This document shows positions 17,468-26,993 of a stretch of DNA of 64,000 nucleotides, piece by piece (position 1 is the first letter of the stretch; the number at the start of each line of letters is the position of its first letter). The stretch spans positions 1-64,000 of the forward strand of contig JBHLLU010000005.1 of the NCBI GenBank assembly GCA_048938895.1, read 5' to 3'. Both the position numbers and the translations under genes were made by a program. A model generated the notes under the pieces. That model did not search any database and was not told where the DNA came from. It saw nothing but the letters and a program-made list of their open reading frames with translations. The stretch is from Promethearchaeota archaeon. Its GTDB lineage: Archaea; Asgardarchaeota; Lokiarchaeia; Sigyniarchaeales; SOKP01.

Positions 17468-20400
17468 ATGTCGGATATACGGGATGAATTGTTAGGGAGC
17501 AGTATTAACAAAAAAAGAGTAATTGGTGTAATATTAGTTGCTCTCTTGTTAGTTTCCGTCTTTGCTTTCTCAACAGCTTTCTTTAGTCTTTTGTTCAACA
17601 CCAGAAGACTGAACCCGAATAAACAAAAAGAAGGAACTGAGTATGAATATGCTGATCCAACCCCCCCTCCTTATCCTTTTGATGAAGATTTTTGGCAAGA
17701 TTTACTTGATCAAGTTGATCCCGAAGATATCCCAGAACTTCTTGATATGTTAGAAGAACTGTTTGATGGGGATATAGATGATTTAGATTTAGGAAATTTT
17801 TCTGAAGGACTACTTGAATTTTTATTTGGGGCGGGAGCAGGCGAGATAGAAGTATTTAGAGTTTATGATTATTTATCCTTTGATAATATGTCAGATGTGT
17901 TGTGGAAGTTTGAATGTTTTGATCAATACACGGGTACAGGATGGGAATCTACCGCTGGTTCTGATTTATATGACTTTATTACCCTTTCAGAATTTTATTC
18001 AAAATATCCAGACACCGCTACTCGTCCGGATATATTAAAATTAAAAATGCCAATTTCCCCTAATATTGGTTCAAATAACATGATTCTACCCTCGTTATTT
18101 CCTATTCCCTATATTATGGATAATACCATATCTGCCCCAAATTTGACACCTGATTCAGAACAATTGTATAAAACTGATTTTAATTGTACAACTGTAGAGC
18201 TTTTTTTTACATCCGATGTTGATGTTAATATGACTTTTGAATTATTTGGAGATCATCTTAAGTCTCCATTCGTAATAAATAGTACCGCCATAGAAGCAAG
18301 TTATACTCCTGCTCCTATACAAAGCAAGTATTTGCAATTACCACCAACAATTGAGGTTTATAGAAGCAATAATCCCTACTTCTCAAATCATGTAGATATT
18401 TTAAATCAAACAATAATAGATGCTAATGATAATGCATTTGAAGTAGCTAATAAGATTAGAATATATCTACAAACTCAATTTTCTTTTCCTACGACTCCTG
18501 AAGATTATAATCCAGCTCCAGATGGTGTAGATATTGTAGAGTGGTTCTGTGAAACAGGTCAAGGAATCTGGTCTGATTTTGCTTCAGCATTTTGTGCGTT
18601 CTCTCGTGTTTTTGGAGTAGCTAGTCGATTTGTTGATGGATTTAATAGTATTTTGATAGAAGAATTTTTTGATAACGATGAGGGTCAAAACGGATTTGCT
18701 ATAAAATACAAAAACCTTTATAATTGGGCTGAGATCTTTATTCCCAGAGATGTATCAGGGAAAGGGAATTGGGTACAATTTGATATTTTTGATACTTTTG
18801 GAGGTGGTGGAAATCCATTATTAGGTGGAAATTATAATATAACAGTTACACTTGATAAACTTATGGTTAATAGACCAGATACAATAAATGTTACCGCTAC
18901 AATGAGTTCTAATATTGGAGATCCAATTGATAATAACAGGATAACATTTACAGATTTGACTACAGGTCAAGAAATAGGTCAAGATTATACAGATTCTTTT
19001 GGAAGTGCTTCAGTTTTATTTAATGTTAACAACACTCATGTAGTGGGTCCTCACATAATTGAAGCAAGATATGATTTTTTTACCGCTGGAGTAAATCTTA
19101 CTACGGTTTTAGGCAATATAGGGGTAAATCTTACAAATGTTAATCCTATGTTAGTGAATCGATCCGATGCTCTTCCAGACACAGTTAATATTCAAGGTAA
19201 TTTATATGATCCAATAAATAATGAAATGGTTACCGATGCTAGTGTAAACATCCTTTTATTTCAAAAAGGGACGAGTACTCTGGAATTTGGAGCATTTACA
19301 CCCTCTGCGATTACAACAGATAGCAATGGAGTGTTTGATGCTGTTCTAGATTTGAATCCTTCGGTTTCAGCAGGACAATATGAGGTTAGAGCAGATTTTA
19401 ATGGAACATGGATATTTTATGGTGTTCCTTGGATTGTTCCATTGATAAATGATTCAAGCAATAGAATGGGTTTAAACGTCACCACCGCATTAACCAGCTG
19501 GTTTTACATCGATGGTATAGCATCCAATTATCCCAATTCACCATCTGTTAGTAGATATCAGACTTTAAATCTCACCGCTAGGGTGGTTGAAGAAAGTTTC
19601 GGTCCCGTATCTAATAAGAGAGTATACTTTTATGATTATACCAGAGGAGGAATACAAATTGGATCAGCGGTTTCAAATGCCCATGGGTTCGCCACGATTA
19701 GTTATATCGCTGGGATTAACAGTTTAGTAGGACCTAATTTATTATTTTCAATGATTGGCTCACAAATTAATTATTCATATTATATATTAAATGAAGAACC
19801 AATAATTCATGCTATTTCAGGACCAAATCCCCAAGTTATCAATCGCACAGGTAGTGGAGCAACCCAATTTAATATCATCGGCAATATTACTGATAATGTA
19901 GATATAACTAAACCACTCAGTTATTCATATATTACTCTTAAATTGTTAAAAGGTGGCACTGATTATTCTTCATACTTAGCTCCCATAGAGGGCTACCCTT
20001 ATCAAACAGGTTTAACAGGTTATTTTGATCTAACATTTGGTGTTGCCCCAAATACACCTCCTGGAAATTACACATTGAGATTAGATTTCAACGGAACTAT
20101 TGATTTAACAAGTTATCCTTACGCAAATTTTTTCAATTTACCTTATATTAACACTTCTTCATTATATAGTTTTGACTTAGAGATACAAGCAGAATCTTCA
20201 TTACTATTCTGGATTGATGGATTTTCTTCTGATGATGCTAACAATCCTGTAATTAATAGAGGTGAAATTTTGGATCTTACAGCCTACATCCATCAAGGTG
20301 GTACTCCGATTGAAAATGGGGAATGGGTTTATTTCTATGATGTCACTCAAGATAATCTATTCATTGGTGCTGATCAAACAACTGCTGGCTTTGCTCAAGT

Positions 20401-21913
20401 CTTCTATACAACAAATTGGAATACTACCTCTGGTCCACATCTAATTTATGCCACGTGGAATAATAGGTTTAATTATTCATATTTTATTCTTGATGCGCCT
20501 TTAGGAATTACTCTTGATACTTGTCCTGAACCGAGAGAAATCTATCGTTCTGGTTCTGTTGGTATTAGCTTTGCTATACATGGATATTTGAATGATTCAT
20601 TTAACGGAAATTCCGTCAAATATGCAGAAATTCAGGTTTACCTTTTAGATGGAACAACAGATGTCTCTTTCTATTTAAATGAGCCTACAACCATACAACT
20701 TGGTACAACTGGTGAGATTAGCTTACTTTACACTGTATCTGCAGCCACACCTGCTAAAAATTATACCCTACAAGTAAATTGTAGTGGTATATTTATATAT
20801 ACAAACCCAAATTATCCTCAATTCTTTGACTTAGGTCTATTAAATAATTTCACTAGTTCAGCAAATGGTTTATTTGATTTAAAAGTGTTAGATCCTGATG
20901 ATATTGATATATTTTTCTATGTTGATGGGAATCCTACTTTATCTTATTATTCAGATGGCAACCCTCCTGAGCGTTATAATCGTGGTGATATCATAAATTT
21001 CAGTGTTTATATTACTCAAAGTGGAGTTCCGGTAAACACTGGTACGGCTTCATTTATAGATATTTTTACCGGCACTCCATTAGGCACTCAATCTGTAGTC
21101 AATGGACGTGCTTATATACTAGTAGATACCTCAAGTGGTCATGCTGGACTCCATCGAATAAGAGCTCAATGGTCTGGGTCGGCAGCATTCAATACTACAT
21201 ATGTTGTTATCAATGAGACAATCAATATCTTCTCATCAATCGATAAATCTTCATTATTACGATTTACTGATAGTTTTCGTGTTTCTGGAACTGCTAGAGA
21301 AAGTGGAGAACTTTTAAGAGGATTAACAGTAAATCTAATCTTATTGGATAGTAGCTACAGTGATGTTTCCGGATACCTCATAGGACCACAATCATATACC
21401 ACAACTGCTGCCGGATATTATCAGTTTGACACCTCAATTGATATTACTTGCCCTCAGGGACAATACTATATTCGGGTAGATTTCAATGGAACTATCAATA
21501 CTCTTGGTATATTCATGAATGACTATATGATTCACAATAGCAGTCTGCTTATTCCTATAGATATAATTGCAGGAGTTACACTAAATGGTAATTATGAAAC
21601 AAATGTGGTTAAGGATGACTGGTATTATGGTGATGAATGTTATGTATTTGGTTATTTAACTTGGGATAATGGAACTGCGATGGCGGGAATGGAAATTAAT
21701 GTTACGATAAGAGATGGTGCAGGGGCGATACTAGATACTCAAACAGGAGTTACTGATGCTTTTGGTTTCTTTAATTTAACCTTTATCGTAGGAGATTGGC
21801 CTGATAACACCGAAGTATGGGTATACTTCTTCCCCGAAGATCCTATCAATTTTGGTACACCCAAGGGCTATTATATCCTTACAATTCAACAAGAATTTTT
21901 TAGAGCACCATAG
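17468..21913 (+). CDS. Large membrane-anchored transglutaminase-like (TgpA-type, catalytically degenerate) protein with tandem Ig-like domains
   Basis: N-terminal TM; WKFECFDQYTGTGW; TGase-like core GQGIWSDFASAF..FSRVFGVASRFVDGF..YNWAEIF..WVQFD; repeated beta-rich domains. Confidence 0.85.
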   Translation: MSDIRDELLGSSINKKRVIGVILVALLLVSVFAFSTAFFSLLFNTRRLNPNKQKEGTEYEYADPTPPPYPFDEDFWQDLLDQVDPEDIPELLDMLEELFDGDIDDLDLGNFSEGLLEFLFGAGAGEIEVFRVYDYLSFDNMSDVLWKFECFDQYTGTGWESTAGSDLYDFITLSEFYSKYPDTATRPDILKLKMPISPNIGSNNMILPSLFPIPYIMDNTISAPNLTPDSEQLYKTDFNCTTVELFFTSDVDVNMTFELFGDHLKSPFVINSTAIEASYTPAPIQSKYLQLPPTIEVYRSNNPYFSNHVDILNQTIIDANDNAFEVANKIRIYLQTQFSFPTTPEDYNPAPDGVDIVEWFCETGQGIWSDFASAFCAFSRVFGVASRFVDGFNSILIEEFFDNDEGQNGFAIKYKNLYNWAEIFIPRDVSGKGNWVQFDIFDTFGGGGNPLLGGNYNITVTLDKLMVNRPDTINVTATMSSNIGDPIDNNRITFTDLTTGQEIGQDYTDSFGSASVLFNVNNTHVVGPHIIEARYDFFTAGVNLTTVLGNIGVNLTNVNPMLVNRSDALPDTVNIQGNLYDPINNEMVTDASVNILLFQKGTSTLEFGAFTPSAITTDSNGVFDAVLDLNPSVSAGQYEVRADFNGTWIFYGVPWIVPLINDSSNRMGLNVTTALTSWFYIDGIASNYPNSPSVSRYQTLNLTARVVEESFGPVSNKRVYFYDYTRGGIQIGSAVSNAHGFATISYIAGINSLVGPNLLFSMIGSQINYSYYILNEEPIIHAISGPNPQVINRTGSGATQFNIIGNITDNVDITKPLSYSYITLKLLKGGTDYSSYLAPIEGYPYQTGLTGYFDLTFGVAPNTPPGNYTLRLDFNGTIDLTSYPYANFFNLPYINTSSLYSFDLEIQAESSLLFWIDGFSSDDANNPVINRGEILDLTAYIHQGGTPIENGEWVYFYDVTQDNLFIGADQTTAGFAQVFYTTNWNTTSGPHLIYATWNNRFNYSYFILDAPLGITLDTCPEPREIYRSGSVGISFAIHGYLNDSFNGNSVKYAEIQVYLLDGTTDVSFYLNEPTTIQLGTTGEISLLYTVSAATPAKNYTLQVNCSGIFIYTNPNYPQFFDLGLLNNFTSSANGLFDLKVLDPDDIDIFFYVDGNPTLSYYSDGNPPERYNRGDIINFSVYITQSGVPVNTGTASFIDIFTGTPLGTQSVVNGRAYILVDTSSGHAGLHRIRAQWSGSAAFNTTYVVINETINIFSSIDKSSLLRFTDSFRVSGTARESGELLRGLTVNLILLDSSYSDVSGYLIGPQSYTTTAAGYYQFDTSIDITCPQGQYYIRVDFNGTINTLGIFMNDYMIHNSSLLIPIDIIAGVTLNGNYETNVVKDDWYYGDECYVFGYLTWDNGTAMAGMEINVTIRDGAGAILDTQTGVTDAFGFFNLTFIVGDWPDNTEVWVYFFPEDPINFGTPKGYYILTIQQEFFRAP

Positions 21914-21941
21914 ATTTTGATTAAAGGTGAAAATTTAGAGA

Positions 21942-23543
21942 ATGATAAAACTAAAAATAAAAAAAACTACTCAAGGCTCTAAAAATAAAATTTTAGTTTC
22001 AATTTTTATCCTTATATTTTTCATATTATCATTGAATTTAACAAACACTTTCAATTTATTTACTCAAAATAATACTTCTTCCAACGAACAACAACCTAAA
22101 ATGTCATGGTTTTGGGCTACTTTAGACCTTACAAATCCGGGAGAGGTAAACAATTCAAGATTCACACATTTTACAGCCATATCCGTTAAGGGTCGTCTTT
22201 ATAATAAAATAGACGGGAGTAATAAATCCGGAGTTAATGTAGCTATTGAAGTTGATGATGTTATAAATATGGCTTATACTGATACCACCGATGGGAATGG
22301 AAGATTTGATATAAATTATGTAATTGATGGAGATCTTGTTGTCACTGCGCGCCATAAAATAAAAGTAAAGGTTACCGACAGTGAACCTGGTGGTCCCGGA
22401 AGTGAAATTGAATATCATCATTTGTATATGATTGATGTTAACGCTACTTCATATTTTGATATTATTTCTCATGATGATCCCTCAATTCCTAAACTAACTG
22501 GGGAAGATTTCAATCTAAATGGGAATTTGAATTTGGATAATAATAATGGGATTCCTTTTGTAAGTGTAAATTATTATTGGCTTAATGGACCCTCAATCAT
22601 TTCTCAGAATTCCTTTCTTACAGATGTATCAGGCTCATTAATAAATCTTCAAGTTCCAGAAACTCTCGTAAGTCAGCTTGATTTAAAATTCAATTATTCA
22701 AATCCTCCCTATATCGGATATTCTGAGGCTTCCATAAATAATATAAGAGTTTTTTCAGATGTAAGTTGGAATTTAAATATAGATTATACAGCCACAGAAG
22801 GAGATGATTATACTTTAACAGGTACACTCTCCTCTAGCACAGATCCATCATTGAAAATAGGAAATAGAGATCTGGATATATATTATAATGGTAGTGTAGA
22901 AGACACTGTAACTACTGCACCGGATGGCACTTTCATATCTTCTTTTCCACTACCTATGGGAAATGGTACAGCATCAATTCAGGTTGAGTTAATTAACTCT
23001 GCTGGAAAAACAATAGCTTCATCAATTCAGTATATAGTTGTTGAAAATAGACCAGTTTCACCTGGTGGGGGGGCCGCAATGCCACCGTTTTTGATGTTTT
23101 CTTTAGTTTTTTTCCCTATATTAATAGCTGTTATTGTTGGATTAGCAATTTATGGATTTTTCTTTTATAAAAAACAAGAAGAAGAATCACGAGTTGTAAA
23201 TATACCTCTTGAATCAAAGATTTTAAATTTGAAGATTCTTAAAGATTCTGGAAGATTAGAGGAATCCTTATCGTATCTATTTAATGCAATTTATATGGAT
23301 TTAGTAAATGCCAAATATAATAGAATGAGAAAAGATAATGAAACAATTCGAGATTTTGCAATAATTTCAGTAAAAGATCTAAAATTAACCCCCTCCTCAA
23401 TATACCCATTTATTCAACAAGTTGAGGAAATAATTTATGGTAAACCATATAATATAACAGAAGAAGATTTTTATAAAACTTGTGAATTATTTTCACCAAT
23501 TTATTTTCAATTAACAGGATATAATTTTGTTTTAAACTTTTAA
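21942..23543 (+). CDS. Exported Ig-like protein with a C-terminal TM and a cytoplasmic DUF4129-like domain
   Basis: N-terminal hydrophobic segment, TTDGNGRF/TTAPDGTF Ig motifs, TM at about aa 385-410, ETIRDFA..EEIIYG. Confidence 0.75.
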   Translation: MIKLKIKKTTQGSKNKILVSIFILIFFILSLNLTNTFNLFTQNNTSSNEQQPKMSWFWATLDLTNPGEVNNSRFTHFTAISVKGRLYNKIDGSNKSGVNVAIEVDDVINMAYTDTTDGNGRFDINYVIDGDLVVTARHKIKVKVTDSEPGGPGSEIEYHHLYMIDVNATSYFDIISHDDPSIPKLTGEDFNLNGNLNLDNNNGIPFVSVNYYWLNGPSIISQNSFLTDVSGSLINLQVPETLVSQLDLKFNYSNPPYIGYSEASINNIRVFSDVSWNLNIDYTATEGDDYTLTGTLSSSTDPSLKIGNRDLDIYYNGSVEDTVTTAPDGTFISSFPLPMGNGTASIQVELINSAGKTIASSIQYIVVENRPVSPGGGAAMPPFLMFSLVFFPILIAVIVGLAIYGFFFYKKQEEESRVVNIPLESKILNLKILKDSGRLEESLSYLFNAIYMDLVNAKYNRMRKDNETIRDFAIISVKDLKLTPSSIYPFIQQVEEIIYGKPYNITEEDFYKTCELFSPIYFQLTGYNFVLNF

Positions 23544-23659
23544 TCAAGATCATCATGATAAATACCAATTCAAATATTATAAAGGAGTACAAAGAATTAT
23601 AAATTCAAAAAAAATTATTAATTAAATTGTTTCAAAAAATACAGAACTAGGTTAAAAAA

Positions 23660-24037
23660 ATGGCAAAAAAGAAAAAGAAAGCACCAGAACCAGAAATAAA
23701 TATAAAGCAGAAATTTGAAAATGTAAAGGTATTAGTGGATACAAATAGACCAAAAGAAGCAATAGCATATATATATCTAGTTTACGACGATCTTATTAAT
23801 GTAAAATTTAAGAAACCCCGGTTAACCCATCAAACTATAAGAGAGTACGCAATTAAATGTGTAAATGAACTAGAAAAAAACTTAAAACCAGAATCAGTAT
23901 ATCCATTCATTAAAAAAATCGAAGATATAATTTATGGTGGGGTAGAACCGACGACAAAAGAATTAAATTTTACTATCGAATTATTCTCCAATTTGTACAA
24001 TGAAATTACAGGAAAAACCGTTAATTTCTCGTTGTAA
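23660..24037 (+). CDS. Stand-alone DUF4129-like protein
   Basis: KEAIAYIY..HQTIREYA..SVYPFIKKIEDIIYG, paralogous to the C-terminus of the upstream gene. Confidence 0.75.
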   Translation: MAKKKKKAPEPEINIKQKFENVKVLVDTNRPKEAIAYIYLVYDDLINVKFKKPRLTHQTIREYAIKCVNELEKNLKPESVYPFIKKIEDIIYGGVEPTTKELNFTIELFSNLYNEITGKTVNFSL

Positions 24038-24091
24038 CTCTATGGATAAATTAAAATTTATAAATTACTAAAAAAACAAAAGAAAGAGAAT

Positions 24092-25861
24092 ATGGCAAAA
24101 TCAGGAAAAACTACAAAGAAAAGTCTTAATATCTCAAAGGGGATAATTTTTACCTTTTTCACGATATATTTCATTATTTTTGGTATTATAATTAGTGAGT
24201 TTTCTATTAGATATCAGAATATTGATCCAGAAGGTTTTCCTGTATTTCTGACTTATATTCCACTACTTTGTTATATTGGTGCTTTATTTTGCGGCGTTGG
24301 GTTTATTATTTTTATAAGGAATGCTACAGCTCAAAAAAGCCGTCAAACCCAGTCAAGAAAGAAAATAAAGTCAGGTTCTATATATAAAAATGCATTATTT
24401 CTCATTATTTTTGTATTTTCTTTTATTCCAATTCTTTCCCCCATAATTGACAAAGGGGAAAATACTCAACACTTTTCTATATATAACGATCGATGGAATG
24501 GTTGTTCCGAATTTAAAGCTAAAATTGAATCAGAAGGATACGACGTAATGACAGTACAATCCAGTTTAAGCGCTACTGAGCGAGCTGCCGAACAGTTAGA
24601 TAAATCTATACTCTTAGTATTGATGGGCCCTAATCAGTTTTATGATCCTATTTTTGAAGTGCCTTTCTTTATTAATTTCCTTAATAATTCTAATTCACTT
24701 TTAATATGCCATGATCATGGTTCGACAAGCACTCTTTTATGGGAAATTCTTATTGCGAGTGTGTTTAATCCAGCTGTAAGTGTTCCTCTAACTATATTTC
24801 CTAATGGCGTTTTACGTGATAATGCGTCCTATGATACTACACCGGAATTTCCTGTTATAACAAATTTTGGGACACATCCAACCAGATCTTATCCAAACCC
24901 AATCTCAAAAGTAATTCTTTCAAGAGCTTCTTGTGCTGTTGGTGGTGAATTTATAACCCAGTTTGGTTGGACGTCTGTTGGGGAAACAACAATATCCGGA
25001 TTTATTGATAAAGATGGTAATAAAAGATATAACTCTCCAGAAGATGATCTTAATCTAGGTTTCATGAGTATAATTGATCTTGGATTTCCACTTCCAGAAA
25101 GATTCCCACTTGGAGGATATGCACAACAAGTCTTTTTAGCCCATGAAATGGGAGGTATAGATCAACCTCGTATTTTTGTGACTGCTGATGCTAGCATGTT
25201 TAATAACGAATTAATTGATGATCCTGCTTATGATAACATGGATTTTGCTGTAAACATTATCGAATGGTTAACTTTTGTAAATGATGGAAGAAGCAAAGAT
25301 GAGTGGATAATCGTTTTTGATGAAGCTCATATTCGTCCTGAGTATTCCCGAGATCTGACTTCGGCAGGTATATTTGGATATATTATGCAATATATTGTAC
25401 ACTTATCAACTAACCCAATAACTGCATGGATTTACCCCGTTTTAGCATTTTATACTTTAAGAAAATATTTACCAAAAAAAGATAAAAAGGAAGAGGAAAG
25501 AAAAATAGCAGAAGAAGAGGAAAAAAAGGAAGAGAAAGCTCGATTTAGAACTTCATCCTTTTTTGCTCAAAAAATTGAAGAATTTAAAGATAAAAGTAAA
25601 TATGCTGAAGCATTAAGATTATTATATCGAAGATTAGAAAGAAAACTCCATAGTCAAATGAAAGGGCAAAGAATTACTACAAAAAGTGTTATAGATTTTG
25701 TAATGATAAAAAATCCCTCAATTACTAAATCAAAAATAAAAAGATTAGCTAAATTTATGGATACAATTTTATCAATTAAAGAAGGAAAATATAAAGTAAG
25801 AGATGAAGAAGATTTTGAAGAATTATTTTTTGAAATGAGTTGGGCAGTAGAAAATGTTTAA
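24092..25861 (+). CDS. Membrane protein with a DUF4350/GldG-like domain and a C-terminal helical domain
   Basis: 3 N-terminal TMs, FSIYNDRWNGCSEF, RIFVTADASMFNNELI..NMDF..NIIEW, IVFDEAH, YAEALRLLYRRL; MoxR operon context. Confidence 0.75.
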   Translation: MAKSGKTTKKSLNISKGIIFTFFTIYFIIFGIIISEFSIRYQNIDPEGFPVFLTYIPLLCYIGALFCGVGFIIFIRNATAQKSRQTQSRKKIKSGSIYKNALFLIIFVFSFIPILSPIIDKGENTQHFSIYNDRWNGCSEFKAKIESEGYDVMTVQSSLSATERAAEQLDKSILLVLMGPNQFYDPIFEVPFFINFLNNSNSLLICHDHGSTSTLLWEILIASVFNPAVSVPLTIFPNGVLRDNASYDTTPEFPVITNFGTHPTRSYPNPISKVILSRASCAVGGEFITQFGWTSVGETTISGFIDKDGNKRYNSPEDDLNLGFMSIIDLGFPLPERFPLGGYAQQVFLAHEMGGIDQPRIFVTADASMFNNELIDDPAYDNMDFAVNIIEWLTFVNDGRSKDEWIIVFDEAHIRPEYSRDLTSAGIFGYIMQYIVHLSTNPITAWIYPVLAFYTLRKYLPKKDKKEEERKIAEEEEKKEEKARFRTSSFFAQKIEEFKDKSKYAEALRLLYRRLERKLHSQMKGQRITTKSVIDFVMIKNPSITKSKIKRLAKFMDTILSIKEGKYKVRDEEDFEELFFEMSWAVENV

Positions 25862-25922
25862 TCATGTTTAATTAAATAAAAATTAAAAAAAAAACAAATA
25901 AAAAAATCAAATAAAATAAAAG

Positions 25923-26915
25923 GTGAGATTAAAAATAGAAACTTCAGATAAAGCTAAGTATTACGAAAAAGAAGAGATTGATGTCACGCCAATTCGTGAG
26001 ATCGCACAGGAAGTTCTCAGTGAAGTAAGCCGAGTTATTGTGGGATATGGCGAGATACTTCAACAACTTTTCATAGCACTCTTAGTAAATGGACATGTTC
26101 TCTTAGAAGGAGTACCTGGGTTAGGAAAGACAGTAATGGCAAAAACTTTCTCAAACACTCTGGGGATTACCTTTCGAAGAGTTCAATTTACACCAGATTT
26201 ACTCCCTGCAGATATAACAGGAACTAAGATATTTGATCAAAATGAGGGTGCTTTTGTCTTACAAAAAGGACCGATTTTTTCAAATGTAGTTCTCGCGGAT
26301 GAAATTAACAGAAGTGCCCCCAAGACGCAAGCAGCACTTTTAGAAGCTATGGCTGAACGACAAGTAACTATTGAAGGGCAAACTCTCCCATTAGAAAAAC
26401 CATTTATTGTAATTGCCACGGAAAATCCAGTTGAAATGGAAGGTACATATCCTCTTCCAGAAGCCCAAGTTGATCGATTTTTGTTCAAACTTTGGCTTGA
26501 TTATCCTGAAGATACAGAAGAAGTAGAAATTATGAGAAGACAATTATCAGGAGAACTTCCTTCAGTCGAAGCAATTACTTCTGGAGATGAAATATTAGCC
26601 GCGCAAAAAATAATGAACCTTGTGTATATAGATGATAGGATACTTAAATATATCAGAGATTTGATAATAAAAACTCGTAATCACCCACAAATCGCACTAG
26701 GTTGCGGTCCAAGAGCAAGTTTAACCCTTATGAAATGTGCTAAAGCACGAGCAGCTATTTTAGGTAGATCTTATGTCACTCCGGATGATGTTCGAGCATT
26801 GATTGTACCCGCTCTAAATCATAGAATCTTATTAAAACCTGAAGCAGAACTTGAAGGATTAGATACAAAATCTGTACTGAAATCAATTGTAGAGGAAATT
26901 CCAGTCCCAATCTAA
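25923..26915 (+). CDS. moxR: MoxR-family AAA+ ATPase; start may be ATA 25935
   Basis: HVLLEGVPGLGKT, RVQFTPDLLPADITG, LADEINR, ENPVEMEGTYPLPEAQVDRF, GPRA. Confidence 0.97.
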   Translation: MRLKIETSDKAKYYEKEEIDVTPIREIAQEVLSEVSRVIVGYGEILQQLFIALLVNGHVLLEGVPGLGKTVMAKTFSNTLGITFRRVQFTPDLLPADITGTKIFDQNEGAFVLQKGPIFSNVVLADEINRSAPKTQAALLEAMAERQVTIEGQTLPLEKPFIVIATENPVEMEGTYPLPEAQVDRFLFKLWLDYPEDTEEVEIMRRQLSGELPSVEAITSGDEILAAQKIMNLVYIDDRILKYIRDLIIKTRNHPQIALGCGPRASLTLMKCAKARAAILGRSYVTPDDVRALIVPALNHRILLKPEAELEGLDTKSVLKSIVEEIPVPI

Positions 26916-26993
26916 GAATCACCATTTTTTTGAATATGGTGAAGTAATATATTTAGTAAATAAGAAAGGTTAACGTTATATAGGTGAAATAGT

